Notes: generated by a model from the letters alone, not told the origin. Positions 11,109 to 24,124 are shown, numbered from the whole stretch's first letter. The stretch: 57,226 nucleotides of DNA, filler included, from Stramenopiles sp. TOSAG23-6 (GCA_900128565.1; 27 parts of 27 records of this genome joined end to end with filler, not necessarily neighbours in it), one strand, 5' to 3'. Numbers and translations: made by a program.

Positions 11109-11815
11109 GATCTACAAAGAACAATTGAACGTCATATTACAAATTAAAATATATGATATTTTGGATTCAACAAACTTTCCGTATGACAATCAAAACAATT
11201 CGATTACTATTGATCAACAATTGAGAAAACTTCAAGAGACGAATAGTTTGAATTCATCGTGGTCGAAAGTGGCTGTGTATCATGTATGTGAATGATTTTT
11301 TTTTTTTTTAAGTTTTTTTCATACGAAATTTTGTACCTAACAAATTTTTAAAAAGTTTTGAANTTTTTTTTTCACAATACATTTATTCGATTTAAGTACA
11401 AATGGGAACCAAACAATCGGTCTTGCAACTCTTGCCGAACCAAGTTATAATGGTTTGTGTACAAAAAGCAATGCCTCTATTACCCGGGTGGTAAAATCAA
11501 ATCCAAGTTGGGTGACTTTTGCCCATGAAATTGGACATAATCTTGGAGGTCGTCACGTATGTTTTTACTATTAGGGTTAGGGTTGTTTTATAATTTTTTT
11601 TTTTTTTTTTTTTGGTAAAAAAATTTTGTACCTAAGAAAAATATTTTTTTTTTGAAAATAAATATTTTTCCACAATTTATGTATGGGATATCGGGCCAGG
11701 GGAACAAGCTGGTATTGGTGGAATAATGGATTATGGAGATAAATTACAACTTGATTATTCATATCAATTTCACCCTTCGAATAAAAAATATGTCTGTGGA
11801 GTTTTGAAAAAAAGA
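11109..11815 (+). CDS. Reprolysin-like (M12B) zinc metallopeptidase, partial; exons 11109-11283, 11383-11556, 11681-~11815
   Basis: HEIGHNLGGRH zinc motif and GGIMDY Met-turn come into frame after intron removal. Confidence 0.85.
11284..11382 (+). mobile_element. GT-AT intron, Introner-like family copy
   Basis: TCAT|GTATG...TACGAAATTTTGTACCTAAC...CACAATACAT|TTA. Confidence 0.8.
11557..11680 (+). other. GT-AT intron containing TTAGGGTTAGGG
   Basis: CAC|GTATG...GTACCTAAG...CACAATTTAT|GTATGG; links the zinc motif to the Met-turn exon. Confidence 0.75.
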
Positions 11816-12865
11816 TTTTTTTTTTTTTTTTTTTTTTTTTTAGTAAATTTTTTACCTAAAAATTTTTTTTAAAAATTTTGAAAAATTTTTTAAAAAAAAA
11901 TTTTTTTTTTTTTTTTTTTTTTTTGTAGTAAATTTTGTTCCTAACAATTTTTTTAGAAAATTTTGAAATATTTTTCAAAAAATATGTNNNNNNNNNNNNN
12001 NNNNNNNNNNNNNNNNNNNNNNNNNNNNNNNTTAATTAATTAANNNNNNNNNNNNNNNNNNNNNNNNNNNNNNNNNNNNNNNNNNNNAAAAAAATATTTT
12101 TTTTTTTTTTTCGTAAAAAAAAACAATTCGTTAGGTATGAAATTTTCTTATAAAAAAAAATAGGTAAACAAATCAATTTTGAAAAAAAATATTTTTTTTT
12201 TTTCATAAAACAATTCGTTAGGTATGAAATTTTCTTATAAAAATAAATAGGTAAACAAATCAATTTTGAAAAAAAATATTTTTTTTTTTTTTTCGTAAAA
12301 AAAAACAATTCGTTAGGTATGAAATTTTCTTATAAAAAAAAATAGGTAAACAAATCAATTTTGAAAATGTACAAGATGTTTGATGTGAAATAGAAAGCTT
12401 TAACAATTCTTTCTGTGAGACTAAAACAAGAGAGTGTCCATGTAATTTTACAAAGATATTTTATATTCAATTTTTCTGTTAGGTACAAAATTTGGTACAA
12501 AAAAAAATAAATTCGAAATTGGTAAAAATTCAATTTTGAAAATGTACATTTGGACATTTTATGTTTTTTTGTAATTTCTGATTTTGACGTTTTTGTTCTA
12601 ATAATTTATTCTTACGATGAATTTCATCATTCCGGCGAATAAGACTAACAATATGCTCATTTTCCTTTTTGTCATTTATAATAGCTTCACTGCGGAATTC
12701 GCGAAGTTTTGAACTGAACTGTCAAAACATATTTCAAAAATTTGATTTTTTTTGTTAGGTACAAAATGTTGTATGTTTTGGGTTAGGGTTTTACAAAAAA
12801 ATGTAGGTAAAAAAAACGTACAGACCATTGATCCAATCCCCTTGTTCAAGGGTAGTACATACATC

Positions 12866-12965
12866 TGAGATGACATTCATTACATCATCATCAACATCTG
12901 AGATGACATTCATTATATCATCATCAACATCTGAGATGACATTCATTATATCATCATCAACATCA
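12866..12965 (-). repeat. 33-bp tandem repeat x3 (DVDDDIMNVIS) in an exon of an intron-rich hypothetical gene
   Basis: CATCTGAGATGACATTCATTAYATCATCATCAA repeated. Confidence 0.8.
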
Positions 12966-13136
12966 GGAATATTTGAATATTTTTTTTTACACGATTTGAA
13001 CAGTTGAATAAGTCCAGTTTTTGTTGTACAACGTATTGTGAAAAAATATTATACGTTCAATTCTTTATTAGGTACAAATTTTATTACAAAAAAAAAAAAA
13101 AAAAAAAATAGGAAAAAAATTTCCTAAAAAAAAAAA

Positions 13137-13175
<39 letters not shown>

Positions 13176-13320
13176 ATACAAATTATTGCCCCNNNNNNNN
13201 NNNNNNNNNNNNNNNNNNNNNNNNNNNNNNNNNNNNTTAATTAATTAANNNNNNNNNNNNNNNNNNNNNNNNNNNNNNNNNNNNNNNNNNNNATAAATTA
13301 GAAATTCATATAAAACATAC

Positions 13321-13884
13321 AAGCCACTGTTGATACACTTTTTGTTTTAAATCATTTGACTGCATACGCATAGCAATACGAGCTTGTGCAGGTATTGCCA
13401 TTGCTTCCATCATTTTATCAAAATCATCATTTGATACAGGTCCAGTAAAGGATTTCGCAGAAGAGGAACTTTTATGTTCCTCATCTTTGTTTTTACTTTT
13501 CAGCATTTGCTTTAGTATACCAAAANNNNNNNNNNGCTCATTTCCATCTTCAAGGGCAACAAGATCAAATGCACCTTTTTTTAAATTACTTTGTTCTACT
13601 CCCGATGACGTTGAAGGGTTGCGTATCGCTATTATATTTGAAATCGAGATTAGTCCGTGTTCTTTAAATTCTTCTTTGTTGTCAAAGTATGTAATCGCCC
13701 AACATTTTATAGTATTATGCCAATTGAGACGAACATATCGCTTCTGCCATTTCCATGCACGACTAAAAATTTCAGGTCGTTTCTTGCGTTTTAAAAACCA
13801 CCCACCCCATTTATTACTTGTTGTAAAAGTAGGTACAGATCTGCGCTTATTCCGAGGTTTTTTTTTTCCAATCGGAGGTGCCAC
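13321..13884 (-). CDS. PH-domain protein with a possible formin GTPase-binding-domain-like segment, 5' fragment
   Basis: GWFLKR...WQKRYVRL...YF PH pattern; FDKMMEAMAIP...; ends at a GTATGT donor. Confidence 0.55.
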
Positions 13885-14608
13885 TCATCAGGATTATATC
13901 AATATAATTGATGCCAGCGTCCGTAGAAATATAAGGTCCTAAAGAAGGAGGAGTGCTTCTATTTTTATTTGATATTTTATTGAGATTTGTGTCGACTCTC
14001 GACATTCGGGGATTCCTCGACATTTAAAACAAAAAACACGAAATCTGAATAAAAATTCCAATTTATTTATAAAATGTTGTGTGTTTTACATGAAACGTTT
14101 GCATACAGGAACAGCGTATTTAATCCAAATACCAGATGCAAAAGTTAACCCACTCAATTGACGATCTGATTTATTGAGTATAGTCCGAGTCACTTTTTGA
14201 GAAATATTTTTCTCGTGTTTTTCGTGTTTTTCTTGTTTTTCTTGTTTTTCTTCATCATTTCCCCAGAGGTAATTTCGTTCTTTTGATAGAGAGTCTCTAA
14301 GTTGTATATTTTCTGTAGCTAGGAACAATTGAGATTCAAAATCTTGTGAAACTGATCTACATCCAAAATTAGAGCTACCAATAATTGTGAACCATGGNNN
14401 NNNNNNNNNNNNNNNNNNNNNNNNNNNNNNNNNNNNNNNNNTTAATTAATTAANNNNNNNNNNNNNNNNNNNNNNNNNNNNNNNNNNNNNNNNNNNNCTT
14501 GAAGAAGCTTGTAATAATACTAACACGAAAGACTCTCGGTGTTGAAAGGATCTTTTCGTACAAGTAATAATTAATTGTGTTGACAAACAATTATTTTTCA
14601 TTTGCAAC

Positions 14609-15602
14609 ATGAAATCCTTTATTATAATCACTACACATCTTATAGCTTGTGTAGGCGCAACAGAGATTGGCTATTTGAGTTGCCACAGGCATTGCGAACA
14701 AGGTGTTTCTCTTTTCGATGACGCAATAATACGAGTTGATGAAGGAACAAGTGTAAAGAAATATCACCCCGACAGTGTCAAAAACATGACATGTTCCCCA
14801 GAGAGTTTTTATATGTGTATACATGCTGGAAAGACGCCACCTTCCGAAATCGTTCAGATAAAAATGCGCGTTCTGGATGTCCTGATTACGCCTTTTTGCA
14901 ACGAAGAAGAAATTAAGTATAATGACTTGAACAATCCAATCGGTTGTATGAAGCCTGGATTAAAAGTAGGTACTGCTGTAATTGTGGCTGATTCAAAACA
15001 CAAATGGGATGTCCGTAAGCAACTGCTCAAAGAAAATATATTACTTCCCGTATGTACGTATTCCTTACCACAACTTTTATACGTACTCTTTGGTTTTTTT
15101 TTTTGTTCATTTCANNNNNNNNNNNNNNNNNNNNNNNNNNNNNNNNNNNNNNNNNNNTTGAAATATTTTTCACTATACATGTATTTCATCTGATTTTGAT
15201 TCATGTATACGTCAAAATATTCATTGGGACCAAGTCCGTTGTACAAGTTCTGGAACAGTTTTAATAGAAATAATCACATATTTTTCATCTACCGGTCAAT
15301 CAGCTCGTCAAAAAATCTCATTTGAGTGCCAAATTGATTTTGAAAACTTCGGGACCTTGCGGGATATATCACATGTTATTTACGGTGGTTTTGTTTTTGC
15401 ATATGCATCATATTTTATTCTCAAAACATGTTCTGTATATAACACAAACAAACTAATAAAAAAAACAAGTATACAAGAAAATATAGAAAAATTATCGAAA
15501 ACATCGAAACCAATAGTAGAGCTAGGATTAGTGTTTAGAACATGTAACAATGCATTCGATTCATTCAATAGAAATCAGTTAGATAATGTGGCAGCAATAA
15601 TA
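14609..15602 (+). CDS. Secreted/membrane hypothetical protein, partial, with a GT-AT intron at 15054-15180 (gap inside)
   Basis: Signal-peptide-like start; PV-C-IS junction joins two open frames; hydrophobic segment later. Confidence 0.55.
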
Positions 15603-15702
15603 NNNNNNNNNNNNNNNNNNNNNNNNNNNNNNNNNNNNNNNNNNNNTTAATTAATTAANNNNNNNNNNNNNNNNNNNNNNNNNNNNNNNNNNNNNNNNNN
15701 NN

Positions 15703-16350
15703 CTTTTGTTGCTGCATTAGCTGCTCAGGCTGCTCAAATGTGTTTACTTTCTATACTAGATCTAAGTGAGATAAATAGTGAAAAGACAAATACTGAAAGT
15801 GTACAAATAAATACTATAAAAGCAAAAGGCGATAAAAATTCTACAAAACATCATACTATTATATTTCCGGTTTTGAGAGCAACAATTGGCTCTTGGGTAA
15901 GATGTTGTCGTGTTTTGGGTGACTCTCTTATTCAGCTACAGTTTTCTTCTTGTGGTGAAAATATTCTAAATGGGCAATCTGAGTTGGAATTGTTACTTGT
16001 ACAAAATTCAATTCTGTATAGAATACAATATAAAATTTCACAACTTGTTTGTATATATACACGTCCCTTTCTTGAAAGTATTTCAAAAAGAAAAAGTAAA
16101 CATAATACGATTGATCAACAATCGTGTGAATCAAATCAAATTTCAAATTCATATTATCATAGAGATATTTTGCTGCCTTCTTTAAACGACTGTAAAGAGG
16201 AATTAATAGTTGTTTTTCGAGGAAAGCCAAAAATTGAAAAAGAAATGATTGAAAGCATTACGGAATCAAATATGATTTTGAAGAGATGGGCTCCAGTTGA
16301 AGACTTTACTGGTGGTTTTGCTGGTAAATCTTGCATTTTGCGCTTTTGTC
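15703..16350 (+). CDS. Hypothetical protein fragment
   Basis: Open frame over 200 codons. Confidence 0.45.
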
Positions 16351-16545
16351 NNNNNNNNNNNNNNNNNNNNNNNNNNNNNNNNNNNNNNNNNNNNNNNNNN
16401 NNNNNNNNNNNNNNNNNNNNNNNNNNNNNNNNNNNNNAATACAAATAATAATAATAATGTTTAGGTACAAAATTTCGTTTAAAAAAAAGTTTTAAGATTT
16501 CAGTATGAATTCATAGATACTTATTTTGTCTGTTTATTTGTGTTT

Positions 16546-16736
16546 ATTTGTAATAACTTTGAACTGCATTAGTTATAATGAATGTTTCAATAAAGCCAGT
16601 GTTGTTCAAGTATATTTTAATGCTGTTAAAAACTTTTTGAATTATTAAGCTTAGATAGTATAAGCTCTTTAATATCAGTTCTATTCGCTACATCTAACGC
16701 TGTTTGATTGTTATCATTCTTCGCATTTAAATCAAC
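16546..16736 (-). CDS. Ankyrin-repeat exon fragment
   Basis: VDLNAKNDNNQTALDVA after a family-type acceptor ending GTATAT. Confidence 0.55.
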
Positions 16737-17458
16737 ATATACTGTTAAAAAATATTCAAAAAAGAATGAAATTTGTTAGGTACAAAATTGTCTATGAAAA
16801 AAAAAAGNNNNNNNNNNNNNNNNNNNNNNNNNNNNNNNNNNNNNNNNNNNNTTAATTAATTAANNNNNNNNNNNNNNNNNNNNNNNNNNNNNNNNNNNNN
16901 NNNNNNNTTCCCATTTCTGCTTCGTAACTGTTAATTTCGTAGTAGATATTAGGGATCGGTCGCGAATTGTTCGATAGAGGGTCAATTTACTCGTAAGACC
17001 TCGTCGAGTTTGCCGCCCGGCCCTGTTGTTGCCCAATTTGCAGTCTACAATTTCAGGAGATTTAAGAGATTTAAGTTCAAATAAAACACCTATTTCGGCT
17101 ATGTCCTCAGTACGACTAAGCACGACTCCGGAATTCACGACTCCGGAATTCACGACTCCGGAACCACTTGGCTGCAATACGAAATTGCGGAAATTTGTAA
17201 CGAAGTTGCCTACTTCATAGTCACTCTCATTGCCACTAATAACCCGCACTTTTACATTTCGATAATCGCCAGCTTTCGTATACATCTTCCCTTCAGGCGG
17301 TTTCGGCGCCCCCAGTATTTCCACAGCAGGTTTGGAAGAATTTGTCACACGTAAACAAACGTGTAAACAAAACAGAACAAGAAACACACGAGTCATGGTG
17401 TAGGACGTGACGTTGTACATGGCAAGCTTGCAGTTGCGTGTTGGGCGTGTTAATCGCT

Positions 17459-18010
17459 TTAAAAAAACTCTTCTCGTTTTGCAAAGACTTGAAGCGACTT
17501 GAAGTTTCGCGCCAAGTTTGTTTTGAGCAAATGCGCGCTCCTCCTCTGTTTGAAAAAAGTTAGCTCAAGAAATGCGCGCTCCTCGGCGCTCCTCTGTTGG
17601 GGCACACGCGCGCTAAAATTCCCCAAAATGTCCGATTTTCCCTCCACAGTTCGATCAACAACACCGTCATCGCGCACAAGATAAGACACAGATACGGATG
17701 CACTCGTTGTAATATATTTGACATTTGGCGGGGGATTCAATTGCGACTCAATTTTACCGGAGCCTGTGGTTCCGTCTACGCTTCCATCATCGCACACAAA
17801 GTAGTTTGCCCAGGTACTACTACCGTCATATTGATTACGTTGCTTTGCGTACTGCTGCGAAAATGAAATATATTTTTTTTCATCACTTTCAATAGTTCCT
17901 TCAATCTCACCGAATTTTACAGTGAAATCGATTTTATCATCGTCTCTGAGAAGATAGGTTGTATCGAGTCCTGCAGATACTGCAACATATTTACAACTTG
18001 GTGGTGGTTC
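17459..18010 (-). CDS. RCC1/BLIP-like beta-repeat protein fragment
   Basis: Repeated PPP..KY...SAG/SAS...YL.RDDG..D.T units. Confidence 0.5.
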   Translation of the reverse strand, partial: EPPPSCKYVAVSAGLDTTYLLRDDDKIDFTVKFGEIEGTIESDEKKYISFSQQYAKQRNQYDGSSTWANYFVCDDGSVDGTTGSGKIESQLNPPPNVKYITTSASVSVSYLVRDDGVVDRTVEGKSDILGNFSARVPQQRSAEERAFLELTFFKQRRSAHLLKTNLARNFKSLQVFAKREEFF

Positions 18011-18111
18011 CNNNNNNNNNNNNNNNNNNNNNNNNNNNNNNNNNNNNNNNNNNNNTTAATTAATTAANNNNNNNNNNNNNNNNNNNNNNNNNNNNNNNNN
18101 NNNNNNNNNNN

Positions 18112-19215
18112 TAAAATCAATGTCACAAACTCGAAAAGCAAAATTAAACATGATGCTTGGTATCTTACGTCATCACCTGACACATGTTGTAGTACGTGGT
18201 TGGAATTCGTGGAAGTATATGGTAAATATTGAAAAGGCAGCTGAAGAAAGAAAACGACATGCTTTAGCAATAGCTTGTAAACTTCTAATGTCAACACATA
18301 CTAGAGCTGTACACATAGGCTGGAATAAATGGGGAATTGTATGTCGTGAATTACAACATGCGGATGACGTTGCTAATTTACGAGGTAAAGCAAAAGGAAG
18401 CGATGCAGTCAACAGATTTAGACTTGCTGGAAAGAGTCTAAAATCAATGTCACAAACTCGAAAAGCTAAACTAAACATGATGCTTGGTATCTTACGTCAT
18501 CATCTTACGCATGTTATAGTACGTGGTTGGAATTCGTGGAAGTATATGGTAAATATTGCAAAAGCAGCGGAGGAAAGAAAACGACACGCTTTAGCAATAG
18601 CTTGTAAACTTCTAATGTCAACACATGCTAGAGCTGTACACATAGGCTGGAATAAATGGGGAATTGTATGCCGTGAATTACAACATGCGGATGACGTTGC
18701 TAATTTACGAGGTAAAGCAAAAGGAAGCGATGCAGTCAACAGATTTAGACTTGCTGGAAAGAGTCTAAAATCAATGTCACAAACTCGAAAAGCTAAACTA
18801 AACATGATGCTTGGTATCTTACGTCATCATCTTACGCATGTTATAGTACGTGGTTGGAATTCGTGGAAGTATATGGTAAATATTCAAAAGGCAGCTGAAG
18901 AAAGAAAACAACACGCTTTAGCTATAGCTTGTAAACTTCTAATGTCAACACATGCTAGAGCAGTTCACATAGGCTACAATAAATGGGGAATTGTATGTCG
19001 TGATTTGCAACATGCCGAAGAAGTTGCTAGTTTGCGAGGTAAAGCAAAAGGAAGTGATGCAGTCAATAGATTTAAACTTGCTGGAAAGAGTCTAAAATCA
19101 ATGTCACAGACTCGAAAAGCAAAATTAAACATGATGCTTGGTATCTTACGTCATCATCTTACACATGTTGTAGTACGTGGTTGGAATTCGTGGAAGTATA
19201 TGGTAAATATTGAAA
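18112..19215 (+). CDS. Tandem-repeat protein (327-bp/109-aa unit, more than 3 copies) with Sfi1-like W-x-x-W motifs
   Basis: Near-identical units starting at 18120, 18447, 18774, 19101; differences mostly synonymous. Confidence 0.75.
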
Positions 19216-19315
19216 NNNNNNNNNNNNNNNNNNNNNNNNNNNNNNNNNNNNNNNNNNNNTTAATTAATTAANNNNNNNNNNNNNNNNNNNNNNNNNNNNN
19301 NNNNNNNNNNNNNNN

Positions 19316-20324
19316 GGTGCAAAGCATAGAGTGCAAAATGCAAAACATCGAGCGAGTGACTTTGAACATAATATTGTTGATGGTGCAAAGCATGGTGTTA
19401 GTAATATCGAGCAAAGGGTTACTTCACTTAGTCATGATATTGGCAAAAATGTGAAACATGGATCATCTTCTTTTGCTCATAAATCTGGAATTGTCCTTGA
19501 AAATGCTGAGAAAAAAATGAATCTTGTTAAAACTGGTTTTAAAACTGGTTTAAACCATATGGTGTCTCATGTACTACCAAGTACTGAAAACATCAGAACG
19601 TTTACAAAAAGGAAACTTCGTGAGAGAATTGCTGAACGAAAACGCGTTGAGTTATTAGCTGCTGCAACGGAAAAGGCTGCATTAAAAAAAGCGAAACAAA
19701 GAAAAAAGGAAAAAGCTCGAAATACATTTTCACCATCAAGACGATCTAACCCTAACCCTAACCCTAAAAATCGTTCTCAGGATGATACGACCTCTAGTTC
19801 TCTTGATTTTTCAGATATTGCAGTTGTGAAAATGAGAATGGGTAAACAAAAAGACGAAGCACAAGAAAGATTACGTGTTTTAGAATCTGCACGAAATGTA
19901 TGTTTTATTTTTATTTTTTTAAATTTGATTTTTTGTATGAATTTTTTTTTTTTTTTTTGGTTTTTTATAAAAATTTTGTACCTAATAAATTTTTTTTTTC
20001 GTAAAAAAATTTTGAAATATTTTTCCAAAATAAATGGTCTTCTAGAAATGCAAGCTTTACGCAAAAGAGGTCATATATTTGACAGACAAGACACTCTTGA
20101 TCATGATGATGATGATGATGATGATGATGTGTCTTCTTTGTATACTATGTATGTTTTACTTTTTTTTTTTTACAAAAAAATCAATTGTTTTTTTCGTACG
20201 AAATTTTGTACCTAACGAATTTTTTTTTGAAATATTTTTCCAAAATTCATACAAAATTATGGTAAAACATTTGTAGAAACATTTCAATCTTTTGTAATGG
20301 CAGGTGAAAATTCATGTTTAGGAT
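19316..20324 (+). CDS. Hypothetical protein, partial; GT-AT introns at 19898-20035 and 20149-20250
   Basis: Junctions ARN|GLL and YT-I-QNYG keep the frame; third donor at 20325. Confidence 0.65.
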
Positions 20325-20518
20325 GTATGTTTTTATTTTTTTTTTACAAAAAAATCGAATTTATTTTTTCATACGAAATTTTGTACCTAACGATTTTTTT
20401 TTCAAATATTTTTCCAAANNNNNNNNNNNNNNNNNNNNNNNNNNNNNNNNNNNNNNNNNNNNTTAATTAATTAANNNNNNNNNNNNNNNNNNNNNNNNNN
20501 NNNNNNNNNNNNNNNNNN

Positions 20519-21620
20519 CCACGTTTCGGACTTTTTGTTTTTTCACTAGTTTCCTTTTTAGTATCATCATCCTCATCATTGTCATCATTTGAGATTGACT
20601 TTGAGGTTGCTGATTTCGTTTTAGGATTTGATGTATCAGTCGACTCATTTCCATCATTTTTAGCCTCAGTGTCATCTGCATCTTCGATTGGTGCTTTAAG
20701 TAGGAGTGGTGCTTTAAGTATGAGCTTCTTCAGAGAAAACAGATCTGCTTCGACTCTATGTAATTTACGCAAAAGATGACCACGTTTTTTATATACACTC
20801 ATGTAGTTAGCGGTATGTATTATACCAAAATTGATGTCAGCAACTTCGGGTTTATAGTGAGCATCGTATTCATAATGAGAAAGTTCATTAATATTTGGAC
20901 AGTTTAAAGTCGTTTCAAAATGATGCTTTAACATGTCAGAAAGTTGGAGAAGAGTTCTATGCGCTGGCACAGATGGTATGTAAACCGTATACCTAGATGC
21001 ACTCACAGAATGAATATTGTGATGTTTTTCCTCGATGCCTTCGCGTCTGCGAAGGTACGCAAATGCCAATACCAGAAACACACATTGCAGCAGAACGGAG
21101 GTTGTCAAATATGATGAATACTGACTTCGACTAATGTTATCTTTCGTAACTGAGTTATCATAACATTGGACCCGAACAAATATTTTTTGACCGTTATACT
21201 GATTATTGCATGAAGTCCCATTCGGTACAAAATCAGAAATCTTAACTTTTCGATCCGGAGCGTATTTAGTAACTTCTATTTGAAATTTAGCTTGTGTTTC
21301 ATCTGAAATTGTATATACCTTATTACTATTACTTAAATCAATTGTGCAAGATTCTTTCTCATAACATTCATTATACACTAGCATGGATATAGCTGTGTTT
21401 CCGCAACCATTATTTGCTGTAACTTCTAAATCAGAGAAGTCAGGATCTCCATTCAGTTTTTGTGTTTTTGAACAGCAGTCGGCTTTTAATGTAGGTTCGA
21501 GTCCCAAAAAGCAATATCTGTCTTTATTACCATTTTTCTCACATTTCGCGGGATGATAACTTTCATCTGGTTGATCTGGGCATTCGTGATCAGATATGTG
21601 AGGCAGTTGTTCAATTGGGC
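20519..21620 (-). CDS. Probable CSC1/OSCA/TMEM63-like membrane protein fragment with a Cys-rich extracellular part
   Basis: TM helix followed by SASRYTVYI and VADINFG, typical of protist TMEM63-like proteins. Confidence 0.5.
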
Positions 21621-21831
21621 NNNNNNNNNNNNNNNNNNNNNNNNNNNNNNNNNNNNNNNNNNNNTTAATTAATTAANNNNNNNNNNNNNNNNNNNNNNNN
21701 NNNNNNNNNNNNNNNNNNNNTAATTCATCACGGACAAATGATTCTAACATTTTTTTTTCAAATTCGTTTTTTTTTTTCGTACTTAATTTTGTACCTAACG
21801 TTTTTTATTTGATATTTTTTTAATAAAACAG

Positions 21832-22783
21832 GTCTGTTCGTTTGTGGGATGGTGCATCAGAGAAATGTCTTCGAATATTGCAACATCCTGATATACCATG
21901 TGTTGCTTGGCACCCTTCAAGGCCTTCATTTTGTCTGACAGGTTGTTGTGATTCAAAATTAAGAGTATGGGATTTAAGTCTTGATTTGCGTTCTTCTACT
22001 GAAAGTCGTGTAGGGTTAGGGTTAGGGTCTGAGAAGATTTGTGGTAGTGAAAATCCAAGAAAAGAATTATGTAAAGTTGTCGATTGGACATCAACACCAA
22101 GCCCTGTAACTGCAGTTACATATAGTTTAGATGGAGATATGGTTGTTGCAGGATTATTTAATGGTTTATGCATTTTTTTCACAACGAAAACGACGACAAA
22201 TCTTAATAGTGTTTGTTTTTCTTACATAACTTTTTTTTTTTTTTACCAAATTTGTTTTTCTACCGAATTTTGTACTTAACAATTGTTCTGGAAAAAAAAA
22301 ATATATATATTTTTACAATACATTTTAAAGGTAAAAGAACATCTATTGTACATAGAAATAGAAACTTACCTCCACGAATGCAGTTTCTTAGAAAAGTTGT
22401 TTGTCGTAATCGACATGGCGCGATGGCTCAAGGAAAAAAAGTGACTGGTATGGAATTCGATGATAGTGTATGTTTTTTTCATTCATCATGAATATTGTAG
22501 CTAGATTTTTTTTTTTAAATTCTATATATGTATACAGTTTCATTATGGATTTCAAATGTATGTATTTGTTTTGTATCACATTTCATATACTAAACAAGAA
22601 AAAAAAATTAAAATATTTTTTTGTTTACATGGAAATAGACTTTTGGTAACAACAAGCGACTCCCGAATGCGAATTATAAAAATCCAAAAACTACAAAATT
22701 CTTCAGGTAATTCAAATGATAATAGACTTAGTTTTATAATCAGTGATAAACTAAAAGGCCTTGAAAATAAAGATACTGGATAT
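21832..22783 (+). CDS. WDR44-like WD40 protein, partial; exons 21832-22210, 22324-22467, 22631-22783
   Basis: VRLWD, CVAWHP, DSKLRVWD, CRNRHG..GKKVTGMEF, RLLVTTSDSRMRI; introns end in CAT. Confidence 0.8.
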
Positions 22784-23261
22784 GTATGTTTTCAGGATCA
22801 ATTTTAAATTCATTTATTTTTTNNNNNNNNNNNNNNNNNNNNNNNNNNNNNNNNNNNNNNNNNNNNTTAATTAATTAANNNNNNNNNNNNNNNNNNNNNN
22901 NNNNNNNNNNNNNNNNNNNNNNATTTCAATTTCGAATTTATTTTTTTTTCTACGAAATGTTGTACCTAACGATTTTTTTCTAAAATATTTTTTCACAATA
23001 CATCAGTATCACTACCATCTCATAAAAGTAAAAATAGACGGAAACGAAGTAGGAAAACTCCTGCAATAAAACGAACAAAGTCTTGTTCTCTCGTACCTGT
23101 ATTAAATGATAGAAATAGTCAATATGGTAAAGAAATTGTCGGCAGGAAAGTTCGTATCTGTTTAAATGGTGGTTATAGTGTAGGGACAATCGCAAAGTAT
23201 GAGCAAGGTCGACGTTGTAATGTTTTAGTTGGTGTGATTTTACCTTTTCTAGGATCTTACT

Positions 23262-24024
23262 ATGATAGCTCCTCCATCTTCTACAAGCGATACCAACAAA
23301 GTTAAAGTACCATCTTTCGATTTCTCTGAAAATCAAGAAAATATTCCTCAACAATTTTCATTAAATGCATCAGTGACTTTGGAAAAGACTACAGCAGAAA
23401 AGAAGAAGAACAAAAAGAACAAAAAGACCAAAAAGACCAAAAAACGGCAAAATAATGAAAGTTCATCAAATCAAGATAGACTACTTTTAGATTCCAATAC
23501 AAATCAAAATTCTAACTCTAATATCAATATGACATCAAAAGTAAAAAAAGATGGATCTATTGTAACTAAAATAGTACACAATCATCCATTGAAAAGACGA
23601 AAAATTCATCCATTGGCAAAGTTTATTTTTATTTCTTCTGGTCTTAGTAAAAAGGAAAGAAAGAAGCTTTCAGAAATTGCAGATGCTTTAGGTGCTACTG
23701 TAGCAAGTATTTATAGTTCAGACGTAACACATGTCGTCACAAAAACAACAAATTCGAATAAAAGACTCTCCTCACGATTACTCCCAGGTAAAAGCAAAGG
23801 AAAGAGAGTTCCCATGAATGAATCTCCAATTTGTTTAGCAAAGAAACGTGATGAAGTGTATTTGTTAGGCATTCTCGGTCATAAAATGATTGTTTCTTTT
23901 TCGTGGGTTTTACAGTGTAAGAAGGAAGGTCGCATTATCTCAGGTGAATCATTTCTTGTTAATGGTGATGGACAGTGGAGGGGATGTTCAAGTCAAGAAT
24001 GGCGAAATATTGCAATTTCAAATG
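23262..24024 (+). CDS. BRCT-domain protein fragment
   Basis: SSGL...LGA...VTHVV...YLLGIL...IVSFSWV..C BRCT pattern. Confidence 0.75.
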
Positions 24025-24124
24025 NNNNNNNNNNNNNNNNNNNNNNNNNNNNNNNNNNNNNNNNNNNNTTAATTAATTAANNNNNNNNNNNNNNNNNNNN
24101 NNNNNNNNNNNNNNNNNNNNNNNN

